Assembly (NCBI GenBank): GCA_025594325.1
Contig: JANHCV010000003.1
Location: 868,001-932,000, forward strand
Length of the DNA: 64,000 bases
Reading direction: 5' to 3'
Source of the DNA: Blastocladiella emersonii ATCC 22665
Lineage: Eukaryota; Fungi; Blastocladiomycota
A model generated the notes under the pieces. The model did not search any database. It worked only from the letters and a program-made list of their open reading frames with translations, and was not told the origin of the DNA. How positions within the stretch are numbered: position 1 is the stretch's first letter; every line of letters starts with the position of its first letter. Position numbers and translations under genes: made by a program. Positions 37,019-49,662 of the stretch are shown here, piece after piece.

Positions 37019-38799
37019 CTAGTCGCCGCCGTCCTCCTCGCCGCCGTCCTCCTCGTCAGGCTCGGCGTCGTCCTGCTTCTCCTTGAGCATCTCCTCAAAC
37101 TTTTTCTCGTCCTCGACACTCGGGTCGTTCTGCTCGGTGAGCCCGAGCGGACCCGCGACCGCGGGCGGCGGGACGTACTCGGCCTGGAACGCAGGCAGGG
37201 CGGGCGCAGCGAACGGCATGCCGGCGAGGTCCTTGAGCCCGTCGCCCATGTAGACGCAGGCGAACTTGCCGTTGTAGTAGACGGCGTGGGCGCCGGGCCA
37301 GCGGTTGGACCGGAGGTGGATGGGCGTGAACTTGAGCGGGAGCATGCGCGAGCACGCGCGGACCGACCACGCCTGGAGCCCAGCGGCCATCTCCGAGTCC
37401 TCGATGAGCGGCGTCAGCAGCGCGGGCCCGATCTCGGGCTCAATCTCGCGCTCCGACTCGCCGCCCGTCGCATCGCCCGTCTCGTCATCTTCGTCGTCGC
37501 GCTCCTCGTCCTCGTTGCGCTCGCCGTCGCCGTCCTCGCCGTCGCCGCCGCTCTTGACGGGGTTCACCCACACGGTGCGGCCCTGCGGCATCACGTACGG
37601 GATCTGGTGGACCCAGTTGTCGAGCGTCAGCATCGACTCGTTGGGCAGTACCTCGTACTCGGCGTTGACAATGATGGCCGTGTTGAGCTCCGGGTGCTCC
37701 TCGTCGGCGCTCTCCGGGTCGAACGTGTAGTAGCCGAGCGGGCACACGACCGTCGCCGCGGTGATGCGCGCAATTTGGGCGCGGAGGTAGTGCGCCTCGG
37801 TGCCCGGGAACAGCGGGTGCGACTCAATGATGGTCGACAGGTCGCCCGTCATGAGCTTGCGGATCGAGCGCGCCGCCGTGATGTGCTCGGGCAGCACGTC
37901 GGGCAGGCGGACCCACGGGTTGCCGACTACACGCGCGCAACGCAGGTCAGTCACCTGGCATTTCATCGCGCGGTCATTCGGAGATGAACGTACGAGCCGT
38001 GCACGCGTAGTACGTGTACTTGTTGCAGCCGGTGCCCTCCTCCTTGGGCAGCGTCGAGTCGGCGGGCTTCTTGGGTCCGGGGAACCCCTCGAACTCGGGC
38101 ATGTCGATGGTGGCCGGCTTGACGACCTCGGGCTTGCGCTCCTCCTCGCCTGCGGGCTCCTCGTCGGCGGATCCGCCCTCGGCCTCGACAATGTAGTAGG
38201 GGTTCTTGAGGCCGCTGACCTTGCCCCAGAAGCGCGCCGACTGCAGGCTCTGGTCGCGCATGAGCTGGTGGATCGACAGGGTGAGGTAAAAGGTCTCATC
38301 CGAGCCGAGGTACACGCCGGCCGACTCGAACAGGTGCGCGAGGTCCTGGATGTCGGGCACCTGGCCCGCGGCCTCGTCGCCCTCCTCGACGTTCTTGCTC
38401 CCGGACTGCAGCAGCGCCATGAACCGGTGCACGTTCTGCTGCGCCTCGTTGATGTCGGCGACTTTCTACTCGTTGGACATGCGCTAGGGGTCAGCTTCTG
38501 GCGGAAGGCGGGCTGTTGCAAGTCTCGGGCGTACCTTGAACCCGAGCGGCGCATTGAGGCTCTCGATGTTGAACTTTTTGCGCTTGAGCTGCGATGAGAC
38601 GTTCTCAAAGACATCTGTTGTTCGTCCCCAGTCAGCCTCAGCTCAGCTCCCGCGCGAGCCGGGAGAGCGTACCGGCAGGGTTCTTGGGCCGCTTCTCGAG
38701 CAGCTGCGCGATCATGTCCGTCAGGTGGTCGTAGAGGTTGACCCCCGTCCGGTCGGACTGCTGCTGCAGGTACTGCTTGGCTTGTGCAATGTCATCCAT
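37019..38799 (-). CDS. RSPH4A: Flagellar radial spoke head protein 4/6 family
   Basis: AKQYLQQ...NLYDHL, FESAGVYLG, RFWGKV.GLKNPYYIVE, GTGCNKYTYY, WVRLPDV.P..I..AR.IRKLMTGDL, HYLRAQIARI, SNRWPGAH. Acidic C-terminus. Confidence 0.92.
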
Positions 38800-39039
38800 G
38801 GTGTGTGCGTTTCCGTTCACAGTTCGGGTGTGAGAGAGCAGATCAGCAAAGCCCTGCGAGCGAGCGGACGTCTCGCACGAGAAACGCGTCGCGCGACGCG
38901 CCCAGGAGGCGCGGTCACACCGCTGCCCTGCCACGCTTGTCGATCCACCCGGCCATGAACTCGCGCGTTGCTGCCGACTGCCTCGCGAGAGCGCGCGCTC
39001 CCGCCCCCTTCGCTCTCCCGACCACCTCACGCAACTGCA

Positions 39040-42000
39040 ATGTCAAATCCAGAGAGTGGCGCGAATGGCGCCGCACACCATGCATCACTACCGGGATCGC
39101 CCGACCCGCTCGAGGGCATGACCCACGACCACGAAGTCTCGGCGAGCGCTGCCGACGAGTCAGACCAGCACGATGCGTCTGACGAGGACGAGGACGGCCT
39201 CGACGCTGGTTTCTCGACCGACGATGACGAGGTCGAGCCTGAGCCGACGCTCAAGTACTCGCGGCTCGGCGGCGAGCTGCCGAGCATTCTCGCGACGGAC
39301 GCCATCAGCACCGCGACGTGCAACGAAAAGTTTCTCGTACGCTCGATCGCGCCTTACCTTTTCAACGAGACCACAACTCTGATCCGCGGCAGCGCGACCC
39401 CTGCACTAGGTGTTCGGCACGCACTCGGGCTTCGTCTACGTGTTCGACTTCTCCGGGACCTTTCTCAAAAAGTTCACGCCGCACCGGTCCTCGGTCACGG
39501 ACGTGTGCATCGACTCCAAGGAGGAGTACATTGCGTCCTCTGGCGACGATGGTGCGGTTCATCCCCCGCGCCTCACCTCACGTGCGTTTGCTCACCCGTG
39601 TACCGCTGCTAGGCATGGTCGTCGTGTGCAACCTGTTCACCGACGAGGTCCAGGTGTACGAGTTCCGCCGCCCGATCAAGTGCCTCAGCCTCGACCCCGA
39701 GTACAGCAAGTCGCGCCGGTTCGCGGCCGGCGGCCACGCCGGCGAGGTCGTCCTGTTCGAGAAGACGTGGCGCGGGCCCAAGAAGGTGGTCATTGACCAG
39801 CCGCAGTCGCGCGTGCTCGCCGTCGAGTGGCGCGGACAGCTCATCGCCTACGTCTCCGAAGCGGTACGATCTGTCGCGCTTACGCGGGTGGGAGACGATG
39901 CTGACAAGTGGACCGGTAGGGCCTCGGTATCTACGACGTCAAGTCCTCGCGCGTGGTGTGCATGACCCACGTCCCGTTCGAGTCGACGCGACCCGAGCTG
40001 TACCGCCCGCACCTCGTGTGGAAGAACGACGAGACGCTGGTCTTTGGCTGGCAGAAGATGATCCAGATCATCGAGGTCAAGGTACGCTTGCTGTCGCTCT
40101 TGCACGAGGCGGATTTGTGCTCACGCATCGATTTCGCAGATCCCGTCCATGTTCGAGCTCGGCTACCAGGCCCGGATCCTCGTCCAGTACGCTCACACTT
40201 TCACTGCGACCGAGCCCACCGCTCACCCATTGCGAACGCGTGTAGGGCGTCGACCGACGTGATCATCGGCGGCCTGCAGCCGTACGACTCGTCGCTCCTG
40301 CTCATCGGCGTGTCCGACCAGCTGTACGAGGACGACGCGGACGAGGCCGTGGAGCGGCACCCGCCCGAGACCATCGTGTTCGACCCGGAAGCCCTCGAGC
40401 CCGTGGTGTCGCGCGACGTGCTCTCGGTGCACGGCTACGAGCACATCCAGTCGACCGAGTACCGGCTCGTGTCGATCTCGGCCGAGCGCACCTTCTTCCT
40501 CGTGTCGCCCAAGGACGTGATCACGGTGCGCGGCCGAGACATCAACGACCAGATCGAGTGGCGCCTCGAGCACCGCATGTTCGAGGAGGCGCTCCAGCTC
40601 AGCATCCGCGCCGGACAGCAGAACGCGCCGCTGCGGCCCGAGTACCGCGCCGCGCAGATCGGGCAGAGCCTCCTCGGCAGCCTCCTCGAGGGCGGCGAGG
40701 CCGAGCACGCTGCGTCCCTGTGCCCGCTCGTCCTCGCTAAGTCGGCCGAGCTATGGGAGCGCTGGACGTTTGTGTTTGCTGAGCAGGACGAGTTGGATGT
40801 ACGTTACGGTTACGCGTCGGCGGAAGTTGCGTGTGATACTGACTTTTGCGTGGGTCGCGTAGGCGCTGCTCCCGTACGTGCCGCTCGCGAACCCGGTCCT
40901 CGACCACACCGTGTACGAGGTGATCCTCGCGCACTACCTGTCGTCCGACTTTGCCGTACGTTTGCGTGCTTGATGCGCACTCACTCGCGACTCACAGTCC
41001 GTGTTTCTCGGGTTATAGGTCTTCTCCGACCTCATTTCTCGGTGGCCAAGGCACCTCTACAACACGCCCAACGTCATCTCGGCGCTCGAGGACACGCTCA
41101 TGGACCACCCCGACGACAAGGATCTGCTCGGCGCTGCAATCGTCCTGTACGCCGACTCCACTTTCCTCATCTCGCCCACTCGCTCACTCGTCATCGCACG
41201 CACAGCTACCGGTCCGAGAAGCAGGTGTACAAGGAGCTCGTGTGCCACATCGAGCTGCACCAATTTGCGCCGGCGCTCGCGCTGCTCGAGGAGAACCCGC
41301 AGATGACGATCCCGCTGCTGCGGCACCGCGCCGTGGTGTGGTTCGATTTCTGTCTCGAGCAGTGTGGCGGCGACGTCGACAAGCTGCTCGAGTCGGGCGC
41401 GCTCAAGCAGATTGCCGGGCGCACGCACCTGATTTCGGTACGGCGCGCACGTTGTCCGCGCGAGTCCATCACCTCGGACACCAACGCGCGCGTGTTGTAG
41501 ACGGCCGAGGTGGTCCAGCTCCTCGCGTCGCGGCGGCTGTACCAGTTCGTGTACCTGCAGGCCGTGTTCGAGCGCGACACGCACGAGGCGCCCGAGCTGC
41601 ACGGCCTGCTGCTGGAGCTGCTGGTCGAGTTCCGGCCCGCGGCGCTCATGGATTTCCTCCAGCGGTCCATCTACTACCCGCTCGACCGCGCGCTGCAGCT
41701 CAGCCAGGACCGCGACCTCCTCCCCGAGCAGGTGTTTGTCCTCGGGCGTATCGGGAACCACAAGCGCGCTATGGAAATCATGATGGATCGCATGGATGAT
41801 ATCGAGATGGTACGCTGGGTGCGGTCATGTTGGTGATGGGGTGCTGAATTGACGTGCTGGATCACGCGTAGGCGATCGAGTACGCGAAGCGGCAGCAGGA
41901 CGAGGACCTGTGGCACGACCTGGTTGACTTTGCTGTCGAAAAGCCGAGTACGTTCCTCTCCTCCCTTTCACTCAGCGCGACTGCGGCTGACCTCGCCCCC

Positions 42001-42449
42001 GCTCGCGTGCAGAGTACTGGGGCCCGCTGTTCCGGACCACGGGCATGTACCTGGACCCGATCCAGCTCATCAAGCGGGTGCCGCGCAACGCGTCGATCGA
42101 CGGGCTCAAGGGCCTGCTCACGTCGATCGTGCACGACTTTGCGACGCAGATCGAGGTGCGCAGCCAGGCGCAGCACGTGCTCCGCAACGACGTGCTGCAG
42201 CACCTCACCACGTCCATGCGCCGCGCGCGCGGCGGCGTGCCTATCGACCCGGCGGCACCGTGCAGCAGCTGCGGCGTGCCGATTGGCGCGGCCGACGTGG
42301 TCCCCGACGCGCACGGCGGCGGCGGCGCGGCAAGGACGAAGTGGCGGCCCATCGCGCTCGACGGGTTCGGGGTACGGCACAAGGGGAAGTGTCCGCCGCC
42401 GCAGATCGGTGCGGGTGCGCCGGCGGCGACGCGGCAGGGCGCAAGTTGA
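39040..42449 (+). CDS. VPS41: Vacuolar protein sorting 41 (HOPS subunit), multi-exon
   Basis: Acidic N-terminus then EPTLKYSRL, WD/beta-propeller, CHCR repeat (EQVFVLGRIGNHKRAMEI, AIEYAKRQQDEDLWHDL), LDPIQLIKRVP, and a C-terminal CxxC. Confidence 0.92.
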
Positions 42450-42497
42450 TACGGAGACGTAAGAGGAAAAAAAAAAGCTGTACATTACACGGTCACG

Positions 42498-43271
42498 TTA
42501 GATCTCGATAGCGGACTCGAGACCAGGAAGGTAGCGCAACGTGGACCACGACCACTCCCACGAGCGCTGCGAGAGGTCGACCTCGACGTGGTACAGTCGG
42601 TCGCGGTCGTCGACTTTGAGCGCCTCGTCGTCGCAGCCCTCGGCCTTGGCGTCCTCCAACTCGGGCTTCTCCTCCTCCTCGGCAACCTTCTCCTCGGCAG
42701 CGGCCTTCTCGCCCTCGCGGAACGACGAGAGCAGCGCGACGGTCGTCGGCGCGTCCGTGATCTCCGCAACGACCTGGAGCGGCAGCCCGCGGTACCGGAC
42801 GTCGACGGCGAGCGACCCGAGCACCGTGGCGAAATCGTCGATCTGGAACCCGAGCGCCAGCAGCGCATACATGAGCTGCGGGTGCGCCGTGGCGGGGATC
42901 CCGACCGAGAAGATCAGTTGGTACGTCGCCTCGAGGTTCACGTCGTCGAGCGACAGCGCCGCCATGCGCCGCAGGTCCTGGGCCGTCACGGCATCGGGCG
43001 CCGGGACCGTCGGCGACGAGGCGGCTAGCGCGGCCAGGTCCGCGGGCGTCGCGGGCGGCAGATCGCCGTCGGCGGGGAGGGTCGGGGGTTTGTTGCCCTG
43101 CAGCGCGGCGAGGAAACCGCGCAGGGCAAAGGCGAACTTGGCGTTGAGCGTCGCCGTCGACGTCGGCTTGGGCGCCGGCGCGGCGGCGGTGGCGGCGGCC
43201 TTGAGGGCGGCCGTGTCGGGCGCGGCAGCAGCAGCGGGTGCGGCGGCGGCGGTCTGGTTCTCGACAGTCAT
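42498..43271 (-). CDS. Hypothetical protein (Ala-rich N-terminus, acidic patch, Trp-rich C-terminus)
   Basis: Intronless ~257-aa ORF with host-like GC3-biased codons and an ATG at 43271, divergent from cyclophilin E. No family recognised. Confidence 0.55.
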   Translation of the reverse strand: MTVENQTAAAAPAAAAAPDTAALKAAATAAAPAPKPTSTATLNAKFAFALRGFLAALQGNKPPTLPADGDLPPATPADLAALAASSPTVPAPDAVTAQDLRRMAALSLDDVNLEATYQLIFSVGIPATAHPQLMYALLALGFQIDDFATVLGSLAVDVRYRGLPLQVVAEITDAPTTVALLSSFREGEKAAAEEKVAEEEEKPELEDAKAEGCDDEALKVDDRDRLYHVEVDLSQRSWEWSWSTLRYLPGLESAIEI

Positions 43272-43491
43272 CATTGCAGTTTAACGTGTTTGAAGGCGAG
43301 AGAGAGAGGAAGCGCCGCGAGGAGCAGAGAGTTGAAATCAGCGTCGCGACGAGAAGCACGGCCCGCGTGACGCGATGATCGCGCGAGCGAGCCAGCCGGC
43401 CGCCGTATCTTTCGCGCGCGGCCTCCGGCTCTACCCGCGCCGCCGTATCGAATCCCGTCCGTGCGCTGCGACTCGGTGCATCGGATCTGCC

Positions 43492-44573
43492 ATGGCGACC
43501 ACGTTAAAGTCGACCCTCTATGTCGGTAATGCATCCAATGAATGATCCGCGGTGTCCGGAGGAGTGGTGAGCTGACGCAGGGAGCACGTAGGCGGGCTCG
43601 CGTCCGAGGTGACGCGCGACGTGCTGTACAACATCTTCATCGCGTTCGGCGACATTGTGTCCATTGAACTGCCCACGGACCACCGGTCGGGTGCGTTGTC
43701 GCGTCCTGCTCGGAGCTCGGAGCTCGGCGGGGATGTGCTGACCCGCGCCGTGGCCGTGTAGCGGAACCGCACAAGGGCTATGCCTTCGTGCAGTTCGAGG
43801 ACCCGAGCGATGCGGCCGACGCCATCGACAACATGCACCTGTCGGAGCTGTTCGGCCGCACCATCAAGGTGAACCTGGCCAACCCGAACGCCATGCCGGG
43901 CACCGTCATTAAGAAGGCCGTGTGGGACACGGCGGCTCCACCACCAGCAGCTGACGGCGCGAACGGGACCGCGGCGCCACCAGTACCGGCGGTCGCGCAG
44001 AAGCCGGCAGCGACGGCGGACGGCGTCGCGTCGCCCGTCGACCGCGCGCTCGACGACCCGAGCAACCCGCGCGTGTGGTTCCAGATCACGATCGGCGGTG
44101 TGCCCGCGGGCCGCATCATCATGACGCTGTTCGCGAACGTGGTGCCCAAGACGGCGACCAACTTTTTGCAGCTGTGCCTGCACTCCAAGGGGTTCGGGTA
44201 CCGCGGCACCCACTTCCACCGCGTGATCCCCGGGTTCATGGCGCAGGGCGGCGACTGGGAGCGCCACAACGGCACGGGCGGCCACTCCATCTTCGCCGAC
44301 CAGGGGAAGCCGCAGTTCGAGGACGAGGAGGCCGGGCTCGCCCTCACCCACGACCGTCCGGGTCTCCTGTCCATGGCCAACGCGGGCAAGAACACCAACG
44401 GATCGCAGTTCTTTATCTGCACGGCTAACCGCACCGACTGGCTCAACGGCAAGCATGTCGTTTTCGGCCAGGTGATTGGCGGCATGGACGTCGTTCGGCG
44501 TATCGAGAAGATCGGTTCCGAGTCGGGCAAGCCGAGCCAAAAGGCCGAGATCGTCGACAGCGGAAAGTTGTGA
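43492..44573 (+). CDS. PPIE: Cyclophilin E / Cyp33 (RRM plus cyclophilin)
   Basis: RRM STLYVG|GL...HKGYAFVQF...[12 protein letters not shown], then cyclophilin [41 protein letters not shown]. Two introns. Confidence 0.95.
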
Positions 44574-44853
44574 GGAGATTGCGATATATACACTGTGGGT
44601 CCCTGCACCGACCTTTCGCGACTCTTCGCTCGACGCGGCCGCCACGTGGTGGCGAAGCAGACGCCGCGCGTTTCAGTTTCGTCCTCGCGTTCGTCGTTCT
44701 TCGCCAGTTCGCCCTCTCCCCTCCGCGCTTCTCTGCGCCATCACTCGCCCATTGGCGAGAGTCCATGCAATACGCACATGTAACCGCGCGCTCCCGCGAC
44801 CGCCCATCGACCCTTCTTGCTTGCCCGTTTGCTCAACAACCACGACCACGACC

Positions 44854-47800
44854 ATGAGCTCGCCGTACGGCCGCGCCTCGCCGCCTGCGGAACCGGCCGT
44901 CGCTGACGGGACCCCTCGCCGTAGCCCGAACCGGCCGCCGCCCGACTCGGGGACCCGCTCGTTCTACATGGCCGCCGTCGACGCCTTCAAGGCCAGCGTC
45001 TTCTCGTCCCCCGCCGCCGGCACTGGCGCCACGCCCGCGTCGCCGCCTCGTTCTACGGCGGCAGCGGGAGGAAAGGACGGGCTCTCGAAGCGCAGCGTGT
45101 CCGACCGCAACGTCGCGGCGGCCATCTCGGGCGCGAGCGACTCGTCGTCGGCTTCTGAGGCGGGTTCTGATGCTGAGGATAGCGATGACAGCGACGAGTC
45201 GTGGGCGTCTCCATCCGACTCGGACGGGTACGTTGTCGTCGACCTGCGCGCGGAAACCGAGTTGACGCTGACCCGTCGCTTGCACCGTAGCGAGAAACCG
45301 GAGCCGCTGCCTGGATCATTCTGGCGGCCCTCCGACTCTTCCTCGTCTTCATCATCGTCGGCGTACTCGTCTTCATCATCTGCATCCGCGGCGACCCAGG
45401 ACCTCTCCAACTCGCAGTCCTCACTCTTCTCGTTTTCGCCGAGCCTGAACCCATGGAGCCCGTCCGCCGGCGTCTTGGACTCGCGCGACCGCGACCGCGG
45501 CAAGCTCGACGCGAAACCCAAACGCCACCGCTCAAAATCGAGCGGCGGCAAGCGCGGCGGCGCGACCAAGACGGCCACGTCGTTCGAGGAGCTCGCGCGC
45601 GCGCCAACCACCGCCGCCGCCGGCGCCTCGCGCGCGTCCGAGTCGGAGCGGCGCAACCAGGCGCGCCTGCTGCTCGTGTCGCTGCTCGAGAACTTCTGCA
45701 TGCTGTACTCGCCCGACGACAACCGCATGCTGTTCCAGCTGCTGTGCGAGAAGCTGTCGCAGATGGGCATCATCACCGAGGCCGACTTCAACGACCATTT
45801 CGCGTCGGTGCGGGGGATGTACAAGCGCGCGTTCAAGGAGCTCGTGTTCCAGGCGCTCCTCACCACCCGCGCCGCCGCGCAGAACCGTGCGACGCTCAGC
45901 CCGTCCAGCTCGCTCCTCCTCGAGTACAATAACCGCGCCGCGTCGGTGCCCGATCTCGTGGACGGGAGCGGTAGTAGCAGCAGTGGCGGCGCCGCGTACG
46001 GTGCGACGGGTGCAGGGGCGTCGTCGACGACGCGCCGCAGTGGGAGCTCGAGTGGCCACTCGTCGTCCGCCGGCAACCTGTTTGACCTGCTCGACCTCCA
46101 CACGACGCGGTACCGCACCGACTTTATCGAGCTGCGCCGCCTCGGCAAGGGCGGGTTCGGCAGCGTCTGGCACGTCCGCCACAAGCTGGACGGCCGCGAG
46201 TACGCTATCAAGAAGGTCACGCTGACGAACCCCAAGGACTTTGATCGCGTACGTTGAATCGAAGTGCTCGTCGAATCGAGACTCCCGCTGACCCGAACGC
46301 GCATACGTGTAGGTGCTTCGCGAGGTCAAGGTGCTCGCGCGCATGGACCACCCCAACATTGTGCGCTACTACTCAGCGTGGCTCGAGCACGACGAGTTCC
46401 GGCTCGGCGGCGGCGGCGCGCACGGCGAGGAGAGCAGCGACATGAGCGGGTCGTCGATCGGCGACGACGGCTCGACCTCGTTCTCGACCACCACGTCGTC
46501 CAACAGTCGCGACGACGACGACGACGACGAGTCAACGTTCGGCAAGACGGCCTTCTCGCGGTCCAGCCACGGCGCGCTCTCGACCCTGTCGGCCGACGGT
46601 GACGGTAGCAGCGACGGGATCAGCGGGTCCGAGTCGGAGGTTAGCATCGACTCGTCGACCGCCACGTCGTCGCCCGCGGGCTCGCTCGTCATTGACCGCC
46701 GGCCGCGTCCGCACCACCATCACCACCACCACCACGCGAAACCCGCCGCCCCCGCCCCCGCCGTGCCGCAACGCCCGCTCACGCTGTTCATCCAGATGGA
46801 GCTGTGCTACTGCTCGCTGCACGACTACCTCCTGCACCGCAACATGCTGCGTCACGTCGACACGGCGACGCTCGTGGCCGAGACCAACTACCTGTTCCGC
46901 GCCACGCTCATCGCGCTCGCGTACATCCACGACCGCGGCACCTCGCACCGCGACCTCACCCCGCGGAACCTCTTCCTCGTGCGCCGCCACCGCCATCGCC
47001 ACGCGGGCGTCGTCGATGGTGAGGACGGCGCGGGCGCGGGCAGCGCGTTCGGGCGGCGGCCGCGTGCCGGGTCCAATTCGAGTGGCGGGGAAGAGGCGCG
47101 GCTCCCGCTGTGCGAGTGGCTCAAGGTTGATACCCTCGACGACGTGGCCATCAAGATTGGCGATTTCGGGCTCGTCACCGAGCACTCGACGCGCAGCGAG
47201 ACGGCTATCTTCACGGCGGCGGGTGGCGGCGGCGAGAACGCGCCGCACTCGACGGCGGCGGGGGCCAAGGCTGCAGCGGCGGCTTCGGTCAAGCAGGACG
47301 GATACCTCCTCGACACGTCGCGGCGCGCATCGCCCGTCGGTTCCGGCGACGATGACGACGACGGCGTCGAGTCGAGCGACTTTGACGACGACGATGACGA
47401 CGCTGCGCCGCGCATCTCGCCCATCAACCGCCGCGCGCCACCACTTCCACGTCCCGCGCGGCTGCAGCCCGCCAAGACGCCCGCGGCGCCGAAACCCGCG
47501 AACCCGCTCGCGCGCCTGGTCCGCGTGCCGTCGCACACGCCGACGCTGGGCGTCGGGACCGCGACGTACTCAGCGCCCGAGCAGCTGGCGCGGCGCCGCG
47601 GCAAGTACGGGTACCACCCGGTCAAGAGCGACATGTTCTCGCTGGGCGTGATCCTGCTCGAGCTGCTGCACCCGTTCGCGACGGGCATGGAGCGGCTCAT
47701 CACGCTCGACAAGCTGCGCGGCCGCGAACCCACGCTCCCCGCCGAGCTCATCTCCAAGTTCCCGCAGTACGCCGCTATGGTCCTGTGGCTCACGGCCGAG

Positions 47801-48100
47801 GACCCGCACCAGCGGCCGGCCCCCGGGGAGCTGCTCGCGGTGTTCCCGCCGCCGATGCCGGATCCCGACGCGCGGTCGCCTGCGGGCGCGGAGGCGGATG
47901 AGGAGGCTGAGGACGAGGAGGTCGAGATCGTTGACTCGCCGAATGGGGCGTTGGCGGCGAACGGCGGGACGGACGCGTCGCTCGAGGTTCAGGTCGTGCA
48001 GCTCAAGCGCGTCGTGGCCGAGCAGCAGCGTGTGATTGACGCCAAGGACGCCGAGCTCGCCGAGCTTCGCGCAAAGCTCGCGGCGGCGCTAGCGGATTGA
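44854..48100 (+). CDS. eIF2-alpha kinase, HRI/Hri1-Hri2-like
   Basis: HRI-type N-terminal helix LLLVSLLENFC, RYRTDFIELRRLGKGGFGSV, YAIKKV, HPNIVRYYSAW, long acidic insert, LFIQMELC, HRDLTPRN, KIGDFGL, VGTATYSAPEQ, and a C-terminal coiled coil. One intron. Confidence 0.9.
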
Positions 48101-48276
48101 GTGTACCTGCAGATCATAACATTTATTGCAGCGAATCATGTTAAACTGTCGGTCGAGGGCTCGCACAGTAAGGGGATCACGAGTGCCACCACACGATCGC
48201 GACTCAGTCCTTCGACTCCTCGTTGTCGCAGTAGTCTTCGGTTGTAGCCGTGGCCGTGGTAGTGTCGGCCGGCTCC

Positions 48277-48438
48277 TCATTGGACTAGGCGATCCTCGGC
48301 ACGGACCAGTACAATCTTCGCCTCAACGGGATCCTCGGCGCGGACCAGGACAACCTTCGTTTCGATGGGATCCTCGGCGCGAACCAGGACAACCTTCGCG
48401 GAAATAGACTCCGCATTCGCGTCCCGATCCGAACTCAT
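48277..48438 (-). CDS. Putative 53-aa micro-protein or terminal exon with three 13-aa repeats (xKVVLVRAEDPxE)
   Basis: MSSDRDANAESISAKVVLVRAEDPIETKVVLVRAEDPVEAKIVLVRAEDRLVQ*. Differences between repeats are mostly synonymous or V/I in this frame only. Confidence 0.45.
   Translation of the reverse strand: MSSDRDANAESISAKVVLVRAEDPIETKVVLVRAEDPVEAKIVLVRAEDRLVQ
48291..48398. repeat. Three-copy 39-bp imperfect tandem repeat
   Basis: GATCCTCGGCRCGRACCAGKACAAYCTTCG core starts at 48291, 48330 and 48369. Confidence 0.9.
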
Positions 48439-48661
48439 GTCCTGTTCCGCAGCGGCAAGTTCTTCGTACTGCTCCTAGATGATGGACGCGAGTGAGCCAG
48501 CCTGTTAGTAACGAGCGAGAGGTCATCATCGCGTTGTGGATCCGCCCGTCAGCGCGGAGACAAGACAGATCCGAGGGCAGGATCACGACCGCGACGCGAA
48601 GATGGATACTTCACGTACCGATCAACGAGAACGCGGCCTACAAGGTCCAATGCGGCCAGTG

Positions 48662-49436
48662 ATGGACCGAGACGCGAGTGAAGAGTCGCGATCGGCCGAT
48701 TAACTGCCAAGTGCCTCAAGGCGTGAAATCACGCATACACGCTCGTAGCAAGTGCGAAACGATTGAAGGAAGCGAGAGCATGATGCAACGTGACGTCGAT
48801 GAGTGCACTCTCACCACGCTGCTGATCGCAGACCTGATGGCTAGTTCTGTGAGCCGTCCGGCACGCGTTCTCTCTCTGCACGTTCCTGACCTGACAATTC
48901 TAGCTAATCCCGGTTCCTCTTTCTTACCTGAAGCTCGAGCAGCCATGTTGGCGTCCCACTCAATTGGCTCTAGTCCTATACTAGCCGCTGCTGACGCATT
49001 CTCGAAGATGCCGGCCGCGGCTCGACTCGAAGCACTGCCGGACATGTCCGCGTTATTCATCTCCATTATTTCCTCATCGCTGGAGCTGCAAATCAATCGA
49101 TTACGAATTTGCGCAGAAAATATCAAGGAGGTTGGCAAGTTCCCGAGGTATCGGCGGGCGAAGCGTGCCAAACAAGACAAGCTCGCGCAGGAAATCGGCG
49201 TCACGCTGCTTCGGGCCCAAAACGATCGTGCACAGCTTGAAGTTCTCGCTTGCAAACTGGACGTTCTATCCCACGAATTGGACGCCCTTTGCGCCCGGGA
49301 CGAAGACCCAGAAGACTGCCTCTCGGAGTGGAGATTGCTCCTCCACGAGTGCAGGAAGATTCAGAATGCCAGCAACCTGATCGGCGAGCTGGCGAAGGAA
49401 CATGCGAATCGCCTTCCTGCCTTGGCCAACGAATAA
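48662..49436 (+). pseudogene. Orphan helical protein, tandem copy 1; C-terminal 163-aa ORF intact (48945-49436), apparent +1 frameshift near 48678
   Basis: Colinear homology with the copy ~1 kb downstream (SRIHAR, RDxxEC, LIxxLM, MLAS, SLELQI, RYRRAKRA, AQEIGxTL, SEW). AATAAA overlaps the stop codon. May still be a functional shorter gene. Confidence 0.55.
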
Positions 49437-49662
49437 ACGGCCTTGATTACATAAATATGCCGAAGAGGAAAGCACTGAGTTGAGTCACGTCTCGACCACA
49501 AGGCCAAGGTACTCTTGTGATCGCCGACGACAAGGACGCGGCACCCATCCGCAACCTCATGTTGCGGACGTCGGATCGGTCCGTGGCCTAGACAGCGACG
49601 TGACAGCCAATTACACGGTCAATCAACGACGAAACGACGCGTAAACTTCGGTGCGGGCAGTG

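Noticed and set aside
48291-48398. CRISPR-like appearance of the 39-bp repeat (30-nt core plus 9-nt variable part)
   Set aside because: The variable parts are far too short to be spacers, there are no cas genes, the context is eukaryotic, and the variation fits a coding tandem repeat.
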